Made by a program: the position numbers and the translations under genes. The notes under the pieces are model-generated. The model was given only the letters and a program-made list of their open reading frames with translations. It ran no database searches and was not told the origin of the DNA. Shown one piece after another: positions 30,604 to 40,573 of a DNA stretch of 64,000 nucleotides. The stretch is from the NCBI GenBank assembly GCA_963809485.1, contig CAWEJX010000008.1, positions 576,001 to 640,000 of the forward strand, in the 5' to 3' direction. The first letter of the stretch is position 1. Each line of letters begins with the position of its first letter. This stretch comes from an uncultured Acidobacteriota bacterium. GTDB lineage: Bacteria; Acidobacteriota; UBA6911.

Positions 30604-30707
30604 AGGGGCGCCATTGTATCACAGAGGGGCGGCGTTGACTCCCCAGGCGACTTGAGATACCTTGATCCCGCCACACCCTCGGTTCCCCCTAAGCAAGAAG
30701 GAGATTT

Positions 30708-31655
30708 ATGCGCGTTTTGATAACCGGCGGCGCAGGATTCATCGCCTATCACCTGGCAGCCGCATTGATCGCCAGGCGGGACGAAGTCATCCTGCTGGAT
30801 AATTTCAACGACTTCTACGATCCCGAACTCAAGCGGAAGAACGTGCGCGATCTCCAGGCGATGAGAGACGTGCCCGTTTACGCCGTCGATATCCTGGACC
30901 GCAACAGCCTCCGCCGCGTGTTTGAGGAAACCCGTCCCGAAACAGTCGTGCACCTGGCCGCATGGGCGGGCGTGCGGCCGTCCCTGGAAAAACCCGAGCT
31001 GTACTCCGCCGTCAATGTGACCGGAACCGTCCATATGCTGGAAATGGCGAAGGAGTTCGCAGTCCAGTGCTTCATTTTCGGATCCTCTTCGTCCGTCTAC
31101 GGCGGCAGCACACGCGTGCCCTTCGCCGAGGACGACCCGGTCGACCGGCCGGTCTCCCCTTACGCAGCCACCAAGCGGGCGGGCGAACTCCTGTGCCACA
31201 CCTACGCGAAAAACTTTTCCCTGCGCACCACCTGCCTGCGCTTCTTCACCGTCTATGGCCCGCGCCAGCGTCCCGAAATGGCCATCCACAAATTCGCCCG
31301 CCTGATGTCCGAAGGCCGCGAAATCCCCATTTTCGGCCAGGGCGATTCACGCCGGGACTACACCTACGTGGAAGATATCGTCTCCGGCATACTCGCCGCC
31401 ATCGAGGTGAATCCGCAGTTCGAGATCGTAAACCTGGGCGAGTCGCAGACCATCACGCTGCTCGGACTCGTCGAACACCTGGAGCAGGCCCTGGGCAAAA
31501 AAGCCGCCCTGCGCTTTCTGCCCAATCAGCCCGGAGACATGGAGGTCACCTACGCGGATATTACCCACGCGCGCCGGCTGCTCGGATACAATCCGCAGGT
31601 GCCTATCCGGCAAGGGATACGGTTGTTTGCGGAATGGTATAAAAGCAGGGATTAG
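30708..31655 (+). CDS. NAD-dependent epimerase (UDP-glucuronate 4-epimerase-like)
   Basis: TGGAGFIA, HLAAWAGVRPS, SSSSVYG, YAATK, RFFTVYGPRQRP. Confidence 0.93.
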   Translation: MRVLITGGAGFIAYHLAAALIARRDEVILLDNFNDFYDPELKRKNVRDLQAMRDVPVYAVDILDRNSLRRVFEETRPETVVHLAAWAGVRPSLEKPELYSAVNVTGTVHMLEMAKEFAVQCFIFGSSSSVYGGSTRVPFAEDDPVDRPVSPYAATKRAGELLCHTYAKNFSLRTTCLRFFTVYGPRQRPEMAIHKFARLMSEGREIPIFGQGDSRRDYTYVEDIVSGILAAIEVNPQFEIVNLGESQTITLLGLVEHLEQALGKKAALRFLPNQPGDMEVTYADITHARRLLGYNPQVPIRQGIRLFAEWYKSRD

Positions 31656-31681
31656 GGATTAGGGATTAGGGATTAGGGGGG
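31648..31681 (+). repeat. (GGGATTA)4 heptamer tandem repeat plus G6
   Basis: gggattagggattagggattagggattagggggg; the first unit supplies the epimerase TAG. Confidence 0.9.
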
Positions 31682-31727
31682 TGTTGCAGGAGTTGGGTGC
31701 TGTTTTAGGGTTTGCCCTGTGGTTTTG

Positions 31728-31824
31728 TTAACGCCGAATTACGCTGACAAAAGCTGACATACGCTGACAAAAAAATATATATTTCAGCGTGTGTCGGCGT
31801 TGGTTCCGCGTCCGTCAGCGTTAA
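31728..31824. repeat. ACGCTGAC palindromic element
   Basis: 4 ACGCYGA-type units, AT core, inverted units, TTAA at both ends. Confidence 0.85.
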
Positions 31825-32063
31825 AAACGGAAAGGGCGTATGACCGCGCAAACAAAAAAGCTCGCGCTATCAGAGCTGAACAAACAATTCCGATGTAGAG
31901 AGTTTTCCGGATACGGCAGCCGGCGGTTGCCGTTCGCGAAGCCGGTTTGCGGCTGGAATAAGGCCTTTTAACCTGACACGGGAGCGATCCCGGTCCCGGC
32001 CTGCAGAGGGGATAGTTTATGCTTCCCGTTTGCCGGACCCGGACCAATGCCAAGGGGAAGACT

Positions 32064-33359
32064 ATGGCGCCAAAATTGCTGGGTAAGGATGGATTCTACG
32101 GCTGGGTCAATCTGGTTGTGATGTTTTTCTTCAATGCTGCCCTGATGCCGATGATGATGGCTTTTTCCTTCTTTCTTCCCTTCTGGATCAAAGAATTCGG
32201 CTGGAGCAGAGGATTGGCCTCCGGCGCTCAGACCGTATCCACCATAATCATGGGACTCGCCGCCCCGCTGGTTGCCATCTACATCATGAAACGGGGAACG
32301 AAAGAGGCAATTGTTGTGGGCAACCTTTTGAGCGTCGCCGGCCTGGTGCTGCTGGCCTACCAGAATCACATCTGGCAGCTGTATCTGGGAATCGGCGTTC
32401 TGCTTGGATTGGGCGTCAGCATCGGCGGGATGCTGGCTATGATGACGGTGCTCAACAACTGGTTTGTGGTCAAAAGACCCCTGGCCATAAGCCTCTCCAT
32501 GGCCTCGATGGGATTTTCCGGCGTTTTCGTCAATCCCGCCATGATGGCCCTGATCGAGGCCGTGGGATGGAGGACCACTTACCTGATCCTGGCAGCCGTC
32601 GGCCTCGTCTTCTGCGTGATTTTGCCCGGGTTGTTTATCAAGAACAAACCTGAGGATATCGGCCAGGTTCCGGACGGGCCGGTTTCGGCAAAAATTGAAA
32701 CGGCAAAAGCCGGCAGACCGGTTCCCAAAAATCTATATAAAACCCCTGTTGATTTTACAGCCAGGGAGGCCTTGCTGACTGCGACCCTGTGGCTGCTGGT
32801 GGCGTATGGCGCACTGCGGTTTTTTGTCATGATGGGGACCTCGGCCCACATCATAGCCTTCCAGTTCGATATCGGCATCTCCGCCACCACCGCCGGGATG
32901 ATCGGAGGAGTCTTCTCGGCCGTGATGGGCATCAGCCAGCTGGGGATAGGTTTCCTCGGGCTCCGGTTTAAAATGCAAACCCTGGTCGTTATTGCAGCAA
33001 TTTTCGGAGTGTGCGGGTTTTCCTTCCTGCTGTTCGCGAATTCCGTGCCGCACATGCTTGCATACTCCATCTTCTACGGCATAAGCGCCGGCATCGGATC
33101 CGTGGCCGTAGGAAACCTGTATCCGGATTATTTCGGCAGAAGCGAATTTCCGAAGGTCATGGGATACACCATGCCCTTCAATACCTTTATCAGCGGTCTC
33201 GGAGCGCCTGTCACCGGGTACATCCGGGACGTGACCGGAAGCTATGTGCCTGCTTTCAAAATATTTTTTGCTCTGCTTGTGCTGGCCTTTTTCTGCATTC
33301 TTTTTGCCAAGCCTCCCCTGCACCCATCGCTGAAAGGCCGGGTGCAGGAAAAAGGGTAA
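32064..33359 (+). CDS. MFS transporter (MCT/OFA-like)
   Basis: FYGWV, EFGWSRG, NNWFVVKR, GWRTTY, DYFGR; about 12 TMs. Confidence 0.9.
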   Translation: MAPKLLGKDGFYGWVNLVVMFFFNAALMPMMMAFSFFLPFWIKEFGWSRGLASGAQTVSTIIMGLAAPLVAIYIMKRGTKEAIVVGNLLSVAGLVLLAYQNHIWQLYLGIGVLLGLGVSIGGMLAMMTVLNNWFVVKRPLAISLSMASMGFSGVFVNPAMMALIEAVGWRTTYLILAAVGLVFCVILPGLFIKNKPEDIGQVPDGPVSAKIETAKAGRPVPKNLYKTPVDFTAREALLTATLWLLVAYGALRFFVMMGTSAHIIAFQFDIGISATTAGMIGGVFSAVMGISQLGIGFLGLRFKMQTLVVIAAIFGVCGFSFLLFANSVPHMLAYSIFYGISAGIGSVAVGNLYPDYFGRSEFPKVMGYTMPFNTFISGLGAPVTGYIRDVTGSYVPAFKIFFALLVLAFFCILFAKPPLHPSLKGRVQEKG

Positions 33360-33360
33360 A

Positions 33361-33475
33361 TCTCAGGCGTCGCTACGCGACGCGCTGCTCCCAATACCAT
33401 GGCTCCCGGCCTTGAAAGGCCGGGCTAAAATCATGGTGCCGCTACGCGGCACAAACCCAGCTTCGCGACAGAAAA
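33361..33475. repeat. REP-like palindrome cluster, direct copy of 29605-29718
   Basis: tctcaggcgtcgctacgcgacgcgctgctc...ttcgcgacagaaa. Confidence 0.85.
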
Positions 33476-33878
33476 TAATTCTATTGGTAAACCCTCGGCT
33501 CTGCCGGGGGGACTCATAGAGTTTGACAGCTCCGTATTTTGAAACGCTGAGATACGCTGACAAAAGCGCTGACAAACGCCGATTTGTTCGGCGAGGGTCG
33601 GCGAGCAAAAGCCGATGAGGCGCTTCCGATGGAGTTTTCTGCGGCGGCGCTGTGGCAAGCGCCGTACGGCAAGGAGATGGAGGTTATGAGAAACCGGGCG
33701 TTTGCCACAGTGCCGCCGCAGAAAACTGTCCAGCGCGGAGCGCTGGCCCCTGCGGGGATCGGAAGCGCCTCATCGGCTTTTGCCCGCGTAGGTCAGCGTT
33801 CAAGACCAGCGTAACTCCTCCAACCGCTTTGAGCGGATGCAATCTTTCAAGCCTCCGGCTTTGCCGGAGGTGCCTGAC
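33476..33878. mobile_element. Second IS200-type miniature element with a ~230-bp internal hairpin insert
   Basis: Ends are the reverse complement of 29181-29351; the insert has a 26-bp perfect IR (33605-33630 / 33758-33783). Confidence 0.65.
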
Positions 33879-33922
33879 TAATGATTTGTTCCGCTATTGT
33901 CGCGTGCCAGTAATCCTAATCC

Positions 33923-34888
33923 CTAATCAATCCGGGCGACGACGATGGAGTTGGAGAGCTCATTGACGATATAGGCGGTGCGGTTGTCGGGACCAATTTT
34001 GATGTCGGTCGGCCCGCGGTCCACTTCGAATGTCTCAAAAACCAGGCTTTGCAGGTCCGCAGGCAGAAACGCCACATTGCGCGAAGCGTTGTTGACCACG
34101 AAGACCCGCTTCCCGTCCGGACTCACCGTGACGCCGAAAGGCATCTTCCCGATCGGGACCGTGATCATCACCTTCATCAACTGCGTGTCGATCACCGAGA
34201 GATCGTTCGTGCGGCTGTTGGCGACAAATACGCGTTTGCCGTCCGGCGTGATGGCCATGCCGTCCGGAGCTTCCCCGACGGCGATCTTATGCTCCACGGT
34301 TTTTCTGTTGGGGTCTACCACCCAGACTTCATTGTTTCCCCCAATCACCACAAAGACCATCTCCGTCACCGGCGAAACCACAACCCCGAAGGGCGAGATC
34401 CCGACCTTCATCGTCGCGGTCACCGTGTGATCGCGCAGATCGATGATGTGAAGCTGACCTTCGCGCGTCCGCCCGTAGTTGGTCACATAACCGCGGTATC
34501 CCCGCGGATCCACCGCCACCGAATTCGGATAGCCTCCGACCTTGATATCCTCGAGCACCCGGAATTTCACCAGGTCGACCACCGCAACCGTGCCGGAATC
34601 CTTGCAGGCCACCAGGGCTGTCCTTCCCTGGTCCGCGATCGCCAGGCCCAGCGGCGAGGAACCCACTTTGACGCTCTGGACAACGATTCTCTTGTCCAGG
34701 TCCACGGCCAGAAGCTCGTCCGAGCCGTAGGAAGTCACGTAGAGCGTTTTCCCATCCGGGCTCAAGGCGATGAAGTTGGGAGACTTGCCGACCTTTTTGA
34801 TCCGGTAGGCTTCGACCGGGCCGCTGATACCAGGCAGCAGAAGAAACAATGACATCAGCAAAAGGATGACGGATTGCCTTCTCCTCAT
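33923..34888 (-). CDS. Secreted YVTN/YncE beta-propeller protein
   Basis: Signal peptide; repeated VG.SP.G.A..PDG...YVTN/FVAN units. Confidence 0.9.
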   Translation of the reverse strand: MRRRQSVILLLMSLFLLLPGISGPVEAYRIKKVGKSPNFIALSPDGKTLYVTSYGSDELLAVDLDKRIVVQSVKVGSSPLGLAIADQGRTALVACKDSGTVAVVDLVKFRVLEDIKVGGYPNSVAVDPRGYRGYVTNYGRTREGQLHIIDLRDHTVTATMKVGISPFGVVVSPVTEMVFVVIGGNNEVWVVDPNRKTVEHKIAVGEAPDGMAITPDGKRVFVANSRTNDLSVIDTQLMKVMITVPIGKMPFGVTVSPDGKRVFVVNNASRNVAFLPADLQSLVFETFEVDRGPTDIKIGPDNRTAYIVNELSNSIVVARID

Positions 34889-34898
34889 AGTTTCTTCC

Positions 34899-35642
34899 TC
34901 ACTTTGTGGCCGCGATCAGGCTGAAAACCCCCGAATGCGGCGACTCCGGGACCTTCAGGCCCTGGATGATGACCTGGCGAAAACCGGCTCTGAAAAACAG
35001 CTCGATGATCTCATCCCGATCATAGTATACCGCAAGGGCTTCCGTGGGATTCTTTTGCACATATCTGAGGTGCATCTTTTTCAGAAAAGAGGAAACGGAA
35101 TTCCTGGCCGACTTCGGCTCCAGCATTTCGGCAAGGATCAGGTAACCGTTAGGGGAGAGAATCCTCAAAACTTCCGCCAGATATTGCTCGGCGGGATGGC
35201 GGTGAAAATCGAAGATGGAAACCGCCAGATCGCCGTAGCCGTCCTGCAGCGGCAGGCGAGGCTCCTGGAACTGCCTGAACTCGATCGATGGACTCAGGTT
35301 CAGATGGGAGGCTCTCTGCTTGGCGCGCTCCAGCAGCGTGATGTTGGTATCGAAGGAATAAATGCGTCCGGGAAACGTCTTCCGCCCCGCCAGCCTCAGC
35401 GCGAACGTCGCCGTGTCGGCTAGCATGTCGATGACGCGCAAACGCCCGGTGTCGACCACGAAGTCCACGATCTGATCGATGGTCAGGTAGTAGTCCAGCC
35501 CCGTCCTCCAGCGGAAAAACCGCGCGACACCTTCCTCGTACGTGTCGATCCTTGCCGGGAGATTTGCCAGAAACGGCCGCGGCTGGGGCGGCGAAAAATC
35601 GAATTTTTTTTGCTGACTCTGCGGGGGATTTTCCCTTTTCAC
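34899..35642 (-). CDS. Class I SAM-dependent methyltransferase-like protein
   Basis: Atypical motif I (VIDMLADTA), LPLQDGYGDLAV, EVLRILSPNG. Confidence 0.7.
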   Translation of the reverse strand: MKRENPPQSQQKKFDFSPPQPRPFLANLPARIDTYEEGVARFFRWRTGLDYYLTIDQIVDFVVDTGRLRVIDMLADTATFALRLAGRKTFPGRIYSFDTNITLLERAKQRASHLNLSPSIEFRQFQEPRLPLQDGYGDLAVSIFDFHRHPAEQYLAEVLRILSPNGYLILAEMLEPKSARNSVSSFLKKMHLRYVQKNPTEALAVYYDRDEIIELFFRAGFRQVIIQGLKVPESPHSGVFSLIAATK

Positions 35643-35718
35643 ATGCCCTGATCCTGGTTCGAGATTCGAAATTCGAGATTATCAGAAAATCCCCAGCTTG
35701 GGAATGCTTGCCTGCATT

Positions 35719-35825
35719 TTAACGCTGACATACGCTGACAGGACGCTGACATACGCTGACAAAAAAATTATATAAATATTTTTATCGGCGTATGTCAGCG
35801 TTCCGTCGGCGTATGTCAGCGTTAA
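35719..35825. repeat. ACGCTGAC palindromic element
   Basis: Complete 4+4 unit copy; the right TTAA is the stop of the GT-C gene. Confidence 0.9.
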
Positions 35826-37462
35826 TATTTATTCAGCCGGTAGAGGGAAAAGTAGTCGGTTTTCAGTGCCAGGGTGTATGCGTTGGCCAGGCCGGGATCC
35901 ATGCGCAGGCGCTCCGAAACCGCATCGCCGGTTTCCGCGAACAGCCAGCCCACGGACCGCTGCGGATCGCGAAGCGCCGCATGCCAGAACACGCCTCTGC
36001 CCTCATTATAGATAAACTCCTTCACCGGCAAACCCGAGTCATAAACCAAAGGCGCCTGCCGTCCCATATCGATCAGGATTTTTTTGCCGTCGTAGTTCCC
36101 GCGCAGGTATTCCATCACCGCCCGCCTCTCCGGCTCAATAAAATCGTGCTCGAGAGTTTCCACCATCATGGGGCGGTTCTCCCTCTCCAAAGGCGGCACC
36201 TGCACACCCAGCACGCACAGAACCAGAAGCGGCCACCGGTAGCAGTTTCGGGACCGGGCAATCATATAAAGCACCAGCGCCGCGGCCGGGACGAGGAGAA
36301 AACCCGGGCCGGGCGCAAGCCTTTCGCGCGGGTTGATCTGGGGAAGGTACCAGCTTATCCAGGGCAGCGCCATGACGGCCAGGGCGAGCAGCAGCATCGT
36401 GCGCTTCCGGGCCGCGTCTGAAGCAAGGACCAGGCTTCCAAAAATGGCGACGGCAGGTAGAAGAAGTACCGAGTAGCGCAGCCGGTAAATCAGCCCCCAG
36501 TAAAGAGCGGAAATATTGATAAGCGAAGGGATCCAGAGCAGCAGGAGCGGCGCGCGCGCCTTCCATTCCCGGCGCTGTGCTGCGAACAACAGGAGGCCGG
36601 CTGCAGCCGCCAGCAGCGGCAGGATCGCCGCCATCTGGGACACCTCTCCGAGGTGATAGAGCGCGGAAAGAAAAGGGCGCTTGTACGTCATGTAGGGAGA
36701 CGGGTTCCCTTCGGCGACCCGCAGAAAGAAATTGTCCCCCAGCCGCCACAGGATGTAGCCGAAATGCGCGATGGCGGGCAGGGCAAAAATTCCCAGATAC
36801 ACCGCGCCGGCCTTTACAATCCTTTGACGCGGCAGCAGCTGCGTCCCGTAATCGATGGCCAGCAGCAGCATCACGCCGGCCAGAAAATACCAGCCTTCGT
36901 AGCGGCAGAAAGCGCCCAGGCTCGCCCAGACCGCTGGCATCCAGGGCAAACCGGATCCGCCGCCGGCGCGCCACGCCGCCAGGCTGTCCACGGCCAGCAG
37001 GAAGAGCATCATGTAGACCGGCTCGGTCAGCGGGCAGCTTTGCAGATACTCAAGGTTGGGATTGGCCAGCAAAACGATTGCGGCGAATGCGCCCGCGGCC
37101 TGCGACCCGGTAAAGCGCAGGGAAATTCTGTAAGCCAGAAAAACCGAAACCGCAAAAGAAAATACCGAAATCAGGCTGGGCAGGAAGCCGGACCGGTACT
37201 GCGATTCAAAAATCACGAACGGCAGATAGAGCAGGTGAATCAGGGGCAGCCAATGCACGCCCATCTGGCTGTAGCCCGGCTCCAGCGAATCCACGAGGCG
37301 CCGCGCCACGAGCAGGTGCGCCTTCGCGTCGTAGTGCGCCGTCGTCAACCCGTGCGCGTAGTAATAAACAAAGCAGACTGCGCCAGCGGCCAGGCCGGCC
37401 AGAAAAATCAGCCGCCCGATCTTCCGGTCCTGCACCGGATCGTTTTCATTCAGAAATTGCAT
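35822..37462 (-). CDS. Membrane GT-C (PMT/ArnT-like) glycosyltransferase
   Basis: YDAKAHL, WLPL, NPNLEYLQ..LTEP, RYEGW; multiple TMs; ATG coupled to the asnS stop. Confidence 0.78.
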   Translation of the reverse strand: MQFLNENDPVQDRKIGRLIFLAGLAAGAVCFVYYYAHGLTTAHYDAKAHLLVARRLVDSLEPGYSQMGVHWLPLIHLLYLPFVIFESQYRSGFLPSLISVFSFAVSVFLAYRISLRFTGSQAAGAFAAIVLLANPNLEYLQSCPLTEPVYMMLFLLAVDSLAAWRAGGGSGLPWMPAVWASLGAFCRYEGWYFLAGVMLLLAIDYGTQLLPRQRIVKAGAVYLGIFALPAIAHFGYILWRLGDNFFLRVAEGNPSPYMTYKRPFLSALYHLGEVSQMAAILPLLAAAAGLLLFAAQRREWKARAPLLLLWIPSLINISALYWGLIYRLRYSVLLLPAVAIFGSLVLASDAARKRTMLLLALAVMALPWISWYLPQINPRERLAPGPGFLLVPAAALVLYMIARSRNCYRWPLLVLCVLGVQVPPLERENRPMMVETLEHDFIEPERRAVMEYLRGNYDGKKILIDMGRQAPLVYDSGLPVKEFIYNEGRGVFWHAALRDPQRSVGWLFAETGDAVSERLRMDPGLANAYTLALKTDYFSLYRLNKY

Positions 37463-38754
37463 CAGGGGTAAATCCTGTAGAGCGTGCGCGGGAAGGCAAT
37501 CGTTTCGCGCAGGTGGCCCAGCTTGCAGAGCCACGACACCATTCTTTCAATCCCCATCCCGAAGCCCGAGTGCGGAACCGTTCCGTATTTGCGCAGGTCC
37601 AGGTACCACTGGAAAGGTTCTATGGAGAGGTTGTGTTCCTTGAGGCGCCTCATCAGCAAATCGTAATCGTGGATGCGCTGCCCCCCGCCGATGATTTCCC
37701 CGTATCCCTCGGGCGCCAGCACGTCCACGCACAGGGCGACTTCCGGCCGATCCGGATCGGGCTGCATGTAAAAAGCCTTAACCTCGGAAGGGTAGCGGTG
37801 CACCATGACCGGGGACGAGTACTGCTCGGAAACGATGGTTTCGTCCGTCCCTCCGAAATCCCCACCCCACCGGATCTCCGATCCCGCAGCCTGCATTTTT
37901 TTGACAGCCTCGTCGTAGCTCAGGCGCGGAAAGGGCTTCCTGATTTTTTCCAGGACGGAAATGTCCCGCTCCAGCACCTCGAGCTGCGCGCGCCGCTTCG
38001 TCAGCACACGCTCGACGATGAAACAGATGAGGCCTTCCGCAAGCTCCATCGTGTCTTCCAGAGTCGCATAGGCGACTTCGGGCTCCACCATCCAGAATTC
38101 CATCAGGTGCCTGCGCGTCTTGGATTTTTCCGCCCGGAAGGTGGGTCCGAAGCAATAGACCTTCCCGAACGCCGCGGCCGTCGCCTCGTTGTACAGCTGC
38201 CCGCTCTGCGTCAGATAGGCCATTTGATCGAAATACTGCGTCTCAAAAAGCGTCGTGGTCCCCTCGCACGCGTTGGGAGTGAAAATCGGCGTGTCCACGA
38301 GCGTGAAACCCCGGTCGTCGAAGTAGTCCCGGCACGCCTTGATGATTTCGTGGCGTATCTTCAGGATCGCGTGCTGGCGCGAACTGCGCAGCCACAGGTG
38401 CCGGTTCTCCATCAGAAACGCCGTCCCGTGCTCCTTGGGGGTTATGGGGTAGTTTTCCGCCAGCTGCAGGACACGGAACGCGCTGACGTCCATCTCATAC
38501 CCGCCGGGCGATCGCGAATCCTTGCGCACCTTCCCGTCGATCTCGAGGCTCGATTCCTGCGTCAGCTTGTCGAGCGCCTCGAACTGCTCCGGCGCGAAAT
38601 TGCCCTTGAAGGCCACGCACTGCATAATCCCGGTTCCGTCGCGGAGCAGAATGAACTGCAGCTTCCCGCTGCTGCGCTTGTTGTACACCCATCCCCGCAG
38701 CGTTACTTCATTCCCCTCATGCGCACCCACATTTTCGATGTAAACAACTTCCAT
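37462..38754 (-). CDS. asnS: Asparagine--tRNA ligase
   Basis: [50 protein letters not shown]. Confidence 0.97.
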   Translation of the reverse strand: MEVVYIENVGAHEGNEVTLRGWVYNKRSSGKLQFILLRDGTGIMQCVAFKGNFAPEQFEALDKLTQESSLEIDGKVRKDSRSPGGYEMDVSAFRVLQLAENYPITPKEHGTAFLMENRHLWLRSSRQHAILKIRHEIIKACRDYFDDRGFTLVDTPIFTPNACEGTTTLFETQYFDQMAYLTQSGQLYNEATAAAFGKVYCFGPTFRAEKSKTRRHLMEFWMVEPEVAYATLEDTMELAEGLICFIVERVLTKRRAQLEVLERDISVLEKIRKPFPRLSYDEAVKKMQAAGSEIRWGGDFGGTDETIVSEQYSSPVMVHRYPSEVKAFYMQPDPDRPEVALCVDVLAPEGYGEIIGGGQRIHDYDLLMRRLKEHNLSIEPFQWYLDLRKYGTVPHSGFGMGIERMVSWLCKLGHLRETIAFPRTLYRIYP

Positions 38755-38769
38755 GTCGATCCTCTAAAT

Positions 38770-38852
38770 TTAACGCTGACGTACGCTGACTCAACGCCGA
38801 CACACGCTGAAAAAGAGTTCTATAAATATTTTTTCAGCCTTCGTCAGCGTTA
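38770..38852. repeat. ACGCTGAC palindromic element
   Basis: 4 left units and a shortened right arm encoding the CYTH C-terminus NADEG*. Confidence 0.85.
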
Positions 38853-39412
38853 CTCAAAGGCTCAGCTTCAAAAACCATGTGGCGGGGAGTGATGCCCCGG
38901 CCCCGGCAATAGTCCAGGTACAGGGCATAATAGCTGGATTTGATGAACTGCGACGGGCCGAAACCCATTTTGGCCGCGAGCGACCGGATCTGTTCCTCCG
39001 ATCCCTCGAATTCGACGTAGTTGCCCGCCGGAGTCTCATCCACGGCTACCACGACGCCATCGACCTCGAACTCCCTCCGATATTTCTGATAGCGGAACCA
39101 CAGGCGCAGCCCGATGCGGGCCAGGATGCAATCCATCAACGATCCGTCTTCCAGGCGCGTTTCCAGCTCTTCGCGCGACTTGAAAATCCCCTCCCTGCGC
39201 GGCGGCCCCTTATAGGTGAGCAGGGATTCACCCCGGGCAAAACGTATGCGCACAAGGCACTGCGAGCTGCGGAGCCTCCCGTCGGGAAAGTCGAGCAGGT
39301 GGTTGTCCTCAAAATGCCTGGGCGACAAAATTTTCGCATCCCGGGCGTCCAGCCTGCGGCAGAACTCATCCGGATTGTCGATCTGGATTTTGATCTCGGT
39401 TTCAGTGCTCAA
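38834..39412 (-). CDS. CYTH-domain (class IV adenylate cyclase-like) protein
   Basis: ETEIK, VRIR, LTYKGP, REELE, KYRR, YVEFEG, SY. Confidence 0.9.
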   Translation of the reverse strand: MSTETEIKIQIDNPDEFCRRLDARDAKILSPRHFEDNHLLDFPDGRLRSSQCLVRIRFARGESLLTYKGPPRREGIFKSREELETRLEDGSLMDCILARIGLRLWFRYQKYRREFEVDGVVVAVDETPAGNYVEFEGSEEQIRSLAAKMGFGPSQFIKSSYYALYLDYCRGRGITPRHMVFEAEPLSNADEG

Positions 39413-39446
39413 TGCCCCCGCCCCAGTCTTGAGTTTCGTGTCCTGT

Positions 39447-40445
39447 TCACACCCGGTGCCGGCGCAAAACGACGCCGCACTCGCGCAACAGCTCCAGCGA
39501 CGGCTGATTCATCGGATAGTCCTGGTTGTAGACGACTTCAACGATGCCGCTGTTGATGATCATCTTGGTGCATTGCAGGCAGGGGGCCAGGGTGGTGTAA
39601 AGGGTCGACCCTTTCAGGCGCGTCCCGTAATAAGCCGCCTGGGTGATGGCGTTCTCCTCGCCGTGGCTGCAGAGGCATTCGTCCAGGGCCGTGCCGCTTT
39701 CGGCCATGCTGTTGCAGCGGGGGCATCCGCCTTCGTTGCAGTTTTTGGCGCCACGGGGCGTGCCGTTATAGCCGGTCGATATAATCCTTCTTTCGTTCAC
39801 GATGATGGCCGCGACCTTCCGCTTCATGCAGTTGCTGCGCGTCGCGACCACTTTGGCGATGCTCATGAAGTAGTCGTCCCAGGAAGGGCGGTCGAAGCCC
39901 CTCATCAGCGAAGGTATCATGGAATCCAGTTGGCGGTGCAGGCCGTCCAGCATGCCGTTGTTGTCCACGACCAGGTCCGCTTCCCGCCGCGTGGCATCGA
40001 GTTGCTGGCTAGCCGGATCGCCCGACTCGAGTTCGCGGGCCTCTTCGGCGGCAAACTGATCGAGAGTCCCGGCCGCGTTCTCCCTCCCCCGCTCGCGGCT
40101 GCGCTCGAAGCGAACCGCCTGGTCCGCCTCCAGGGCCATCAGCGTGAAATCCTTGCGGCGCCTCAATACCGCGACTTCCTGAGGATTGCGGATCGAGTCG
40201 ACGACGTAGTTGCGCTCGTTTCCCAGCTTGCTCAGAATCCTCTCCGCCAGCACCCCGGGACCGAACTGGCGCCTCAGCTCGTTGCCGGTTTGGATGAGCA
40301 CATCGCGGCTCATCTCGAGCCCTCTGCTGCGCACTTCCTCGCGTATCTCGTCCGAGAGAGAATAGTACTCGAATCCGCGGCTTTTCAGGTATTCCGCAAC
40401 CGCCGTCTTCCCGGAGCCGTTCTTTCCCGTCAGTCCGATGATCAT
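39447..40445 (-). CDS. P-loop nucleotide kinase fused to dCMP deaminase
   Basis: GLTGKNGSGKT; RPSWDDYFM, RSNC, GYNGTP, HGEENA, PCLQC. Confidence 0.92.
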   Translation of the reverse strand: MIIGLTGKNGSGKTAVAEYLKSRGFEYYSLSDEIREEVRSRGLEMSRDVLIQTGNELRRQFGPGVLAERILSKLGNERNYVVDSIRNPQEVAVLRRRKDFTLMALEADQAVRFERSRERGRENAAGTLDQFAAEEARELESGDPASQQLDATRREADLVVDNNGMLDGLHRQLDSMIPSLMRGFDRPSWDDYFMSIAKVVATRSNCMKRKVAAIIVNERRIISTGYNGTPRGAKNCNEGGCPRCNSMAESGTALDECLCSHGEENAITQAAYYGTRLKGSTLYTTLAPCLQCTKMIINSGIVEVVYNQDYPMNQPSLELLRECGVVLRRHRV

Positions 40446-40504
40446 AGGGACAGAATGTTAGCATAAATAGGGTAATCGGGGAAAAAAGGTTGAAGGCAAG
40501 GTGG

Positions 40505-40570
40505 AACGTTGCACGTTTGCACGTTTGAACGTTAGAACGTTCAACGTTCAACGTTCTAACGTTCAACGTT
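40505..40570. repeat. AACGTT-core 7-8 bp tandem repeat
   Basis: aacgttgcacgtttgcacgtttgaacgttagaacgttcaacgttcaacgttctaacgttcaacgtt. Confidence 0.85.
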
Positions 40571-40573
40571 TTT

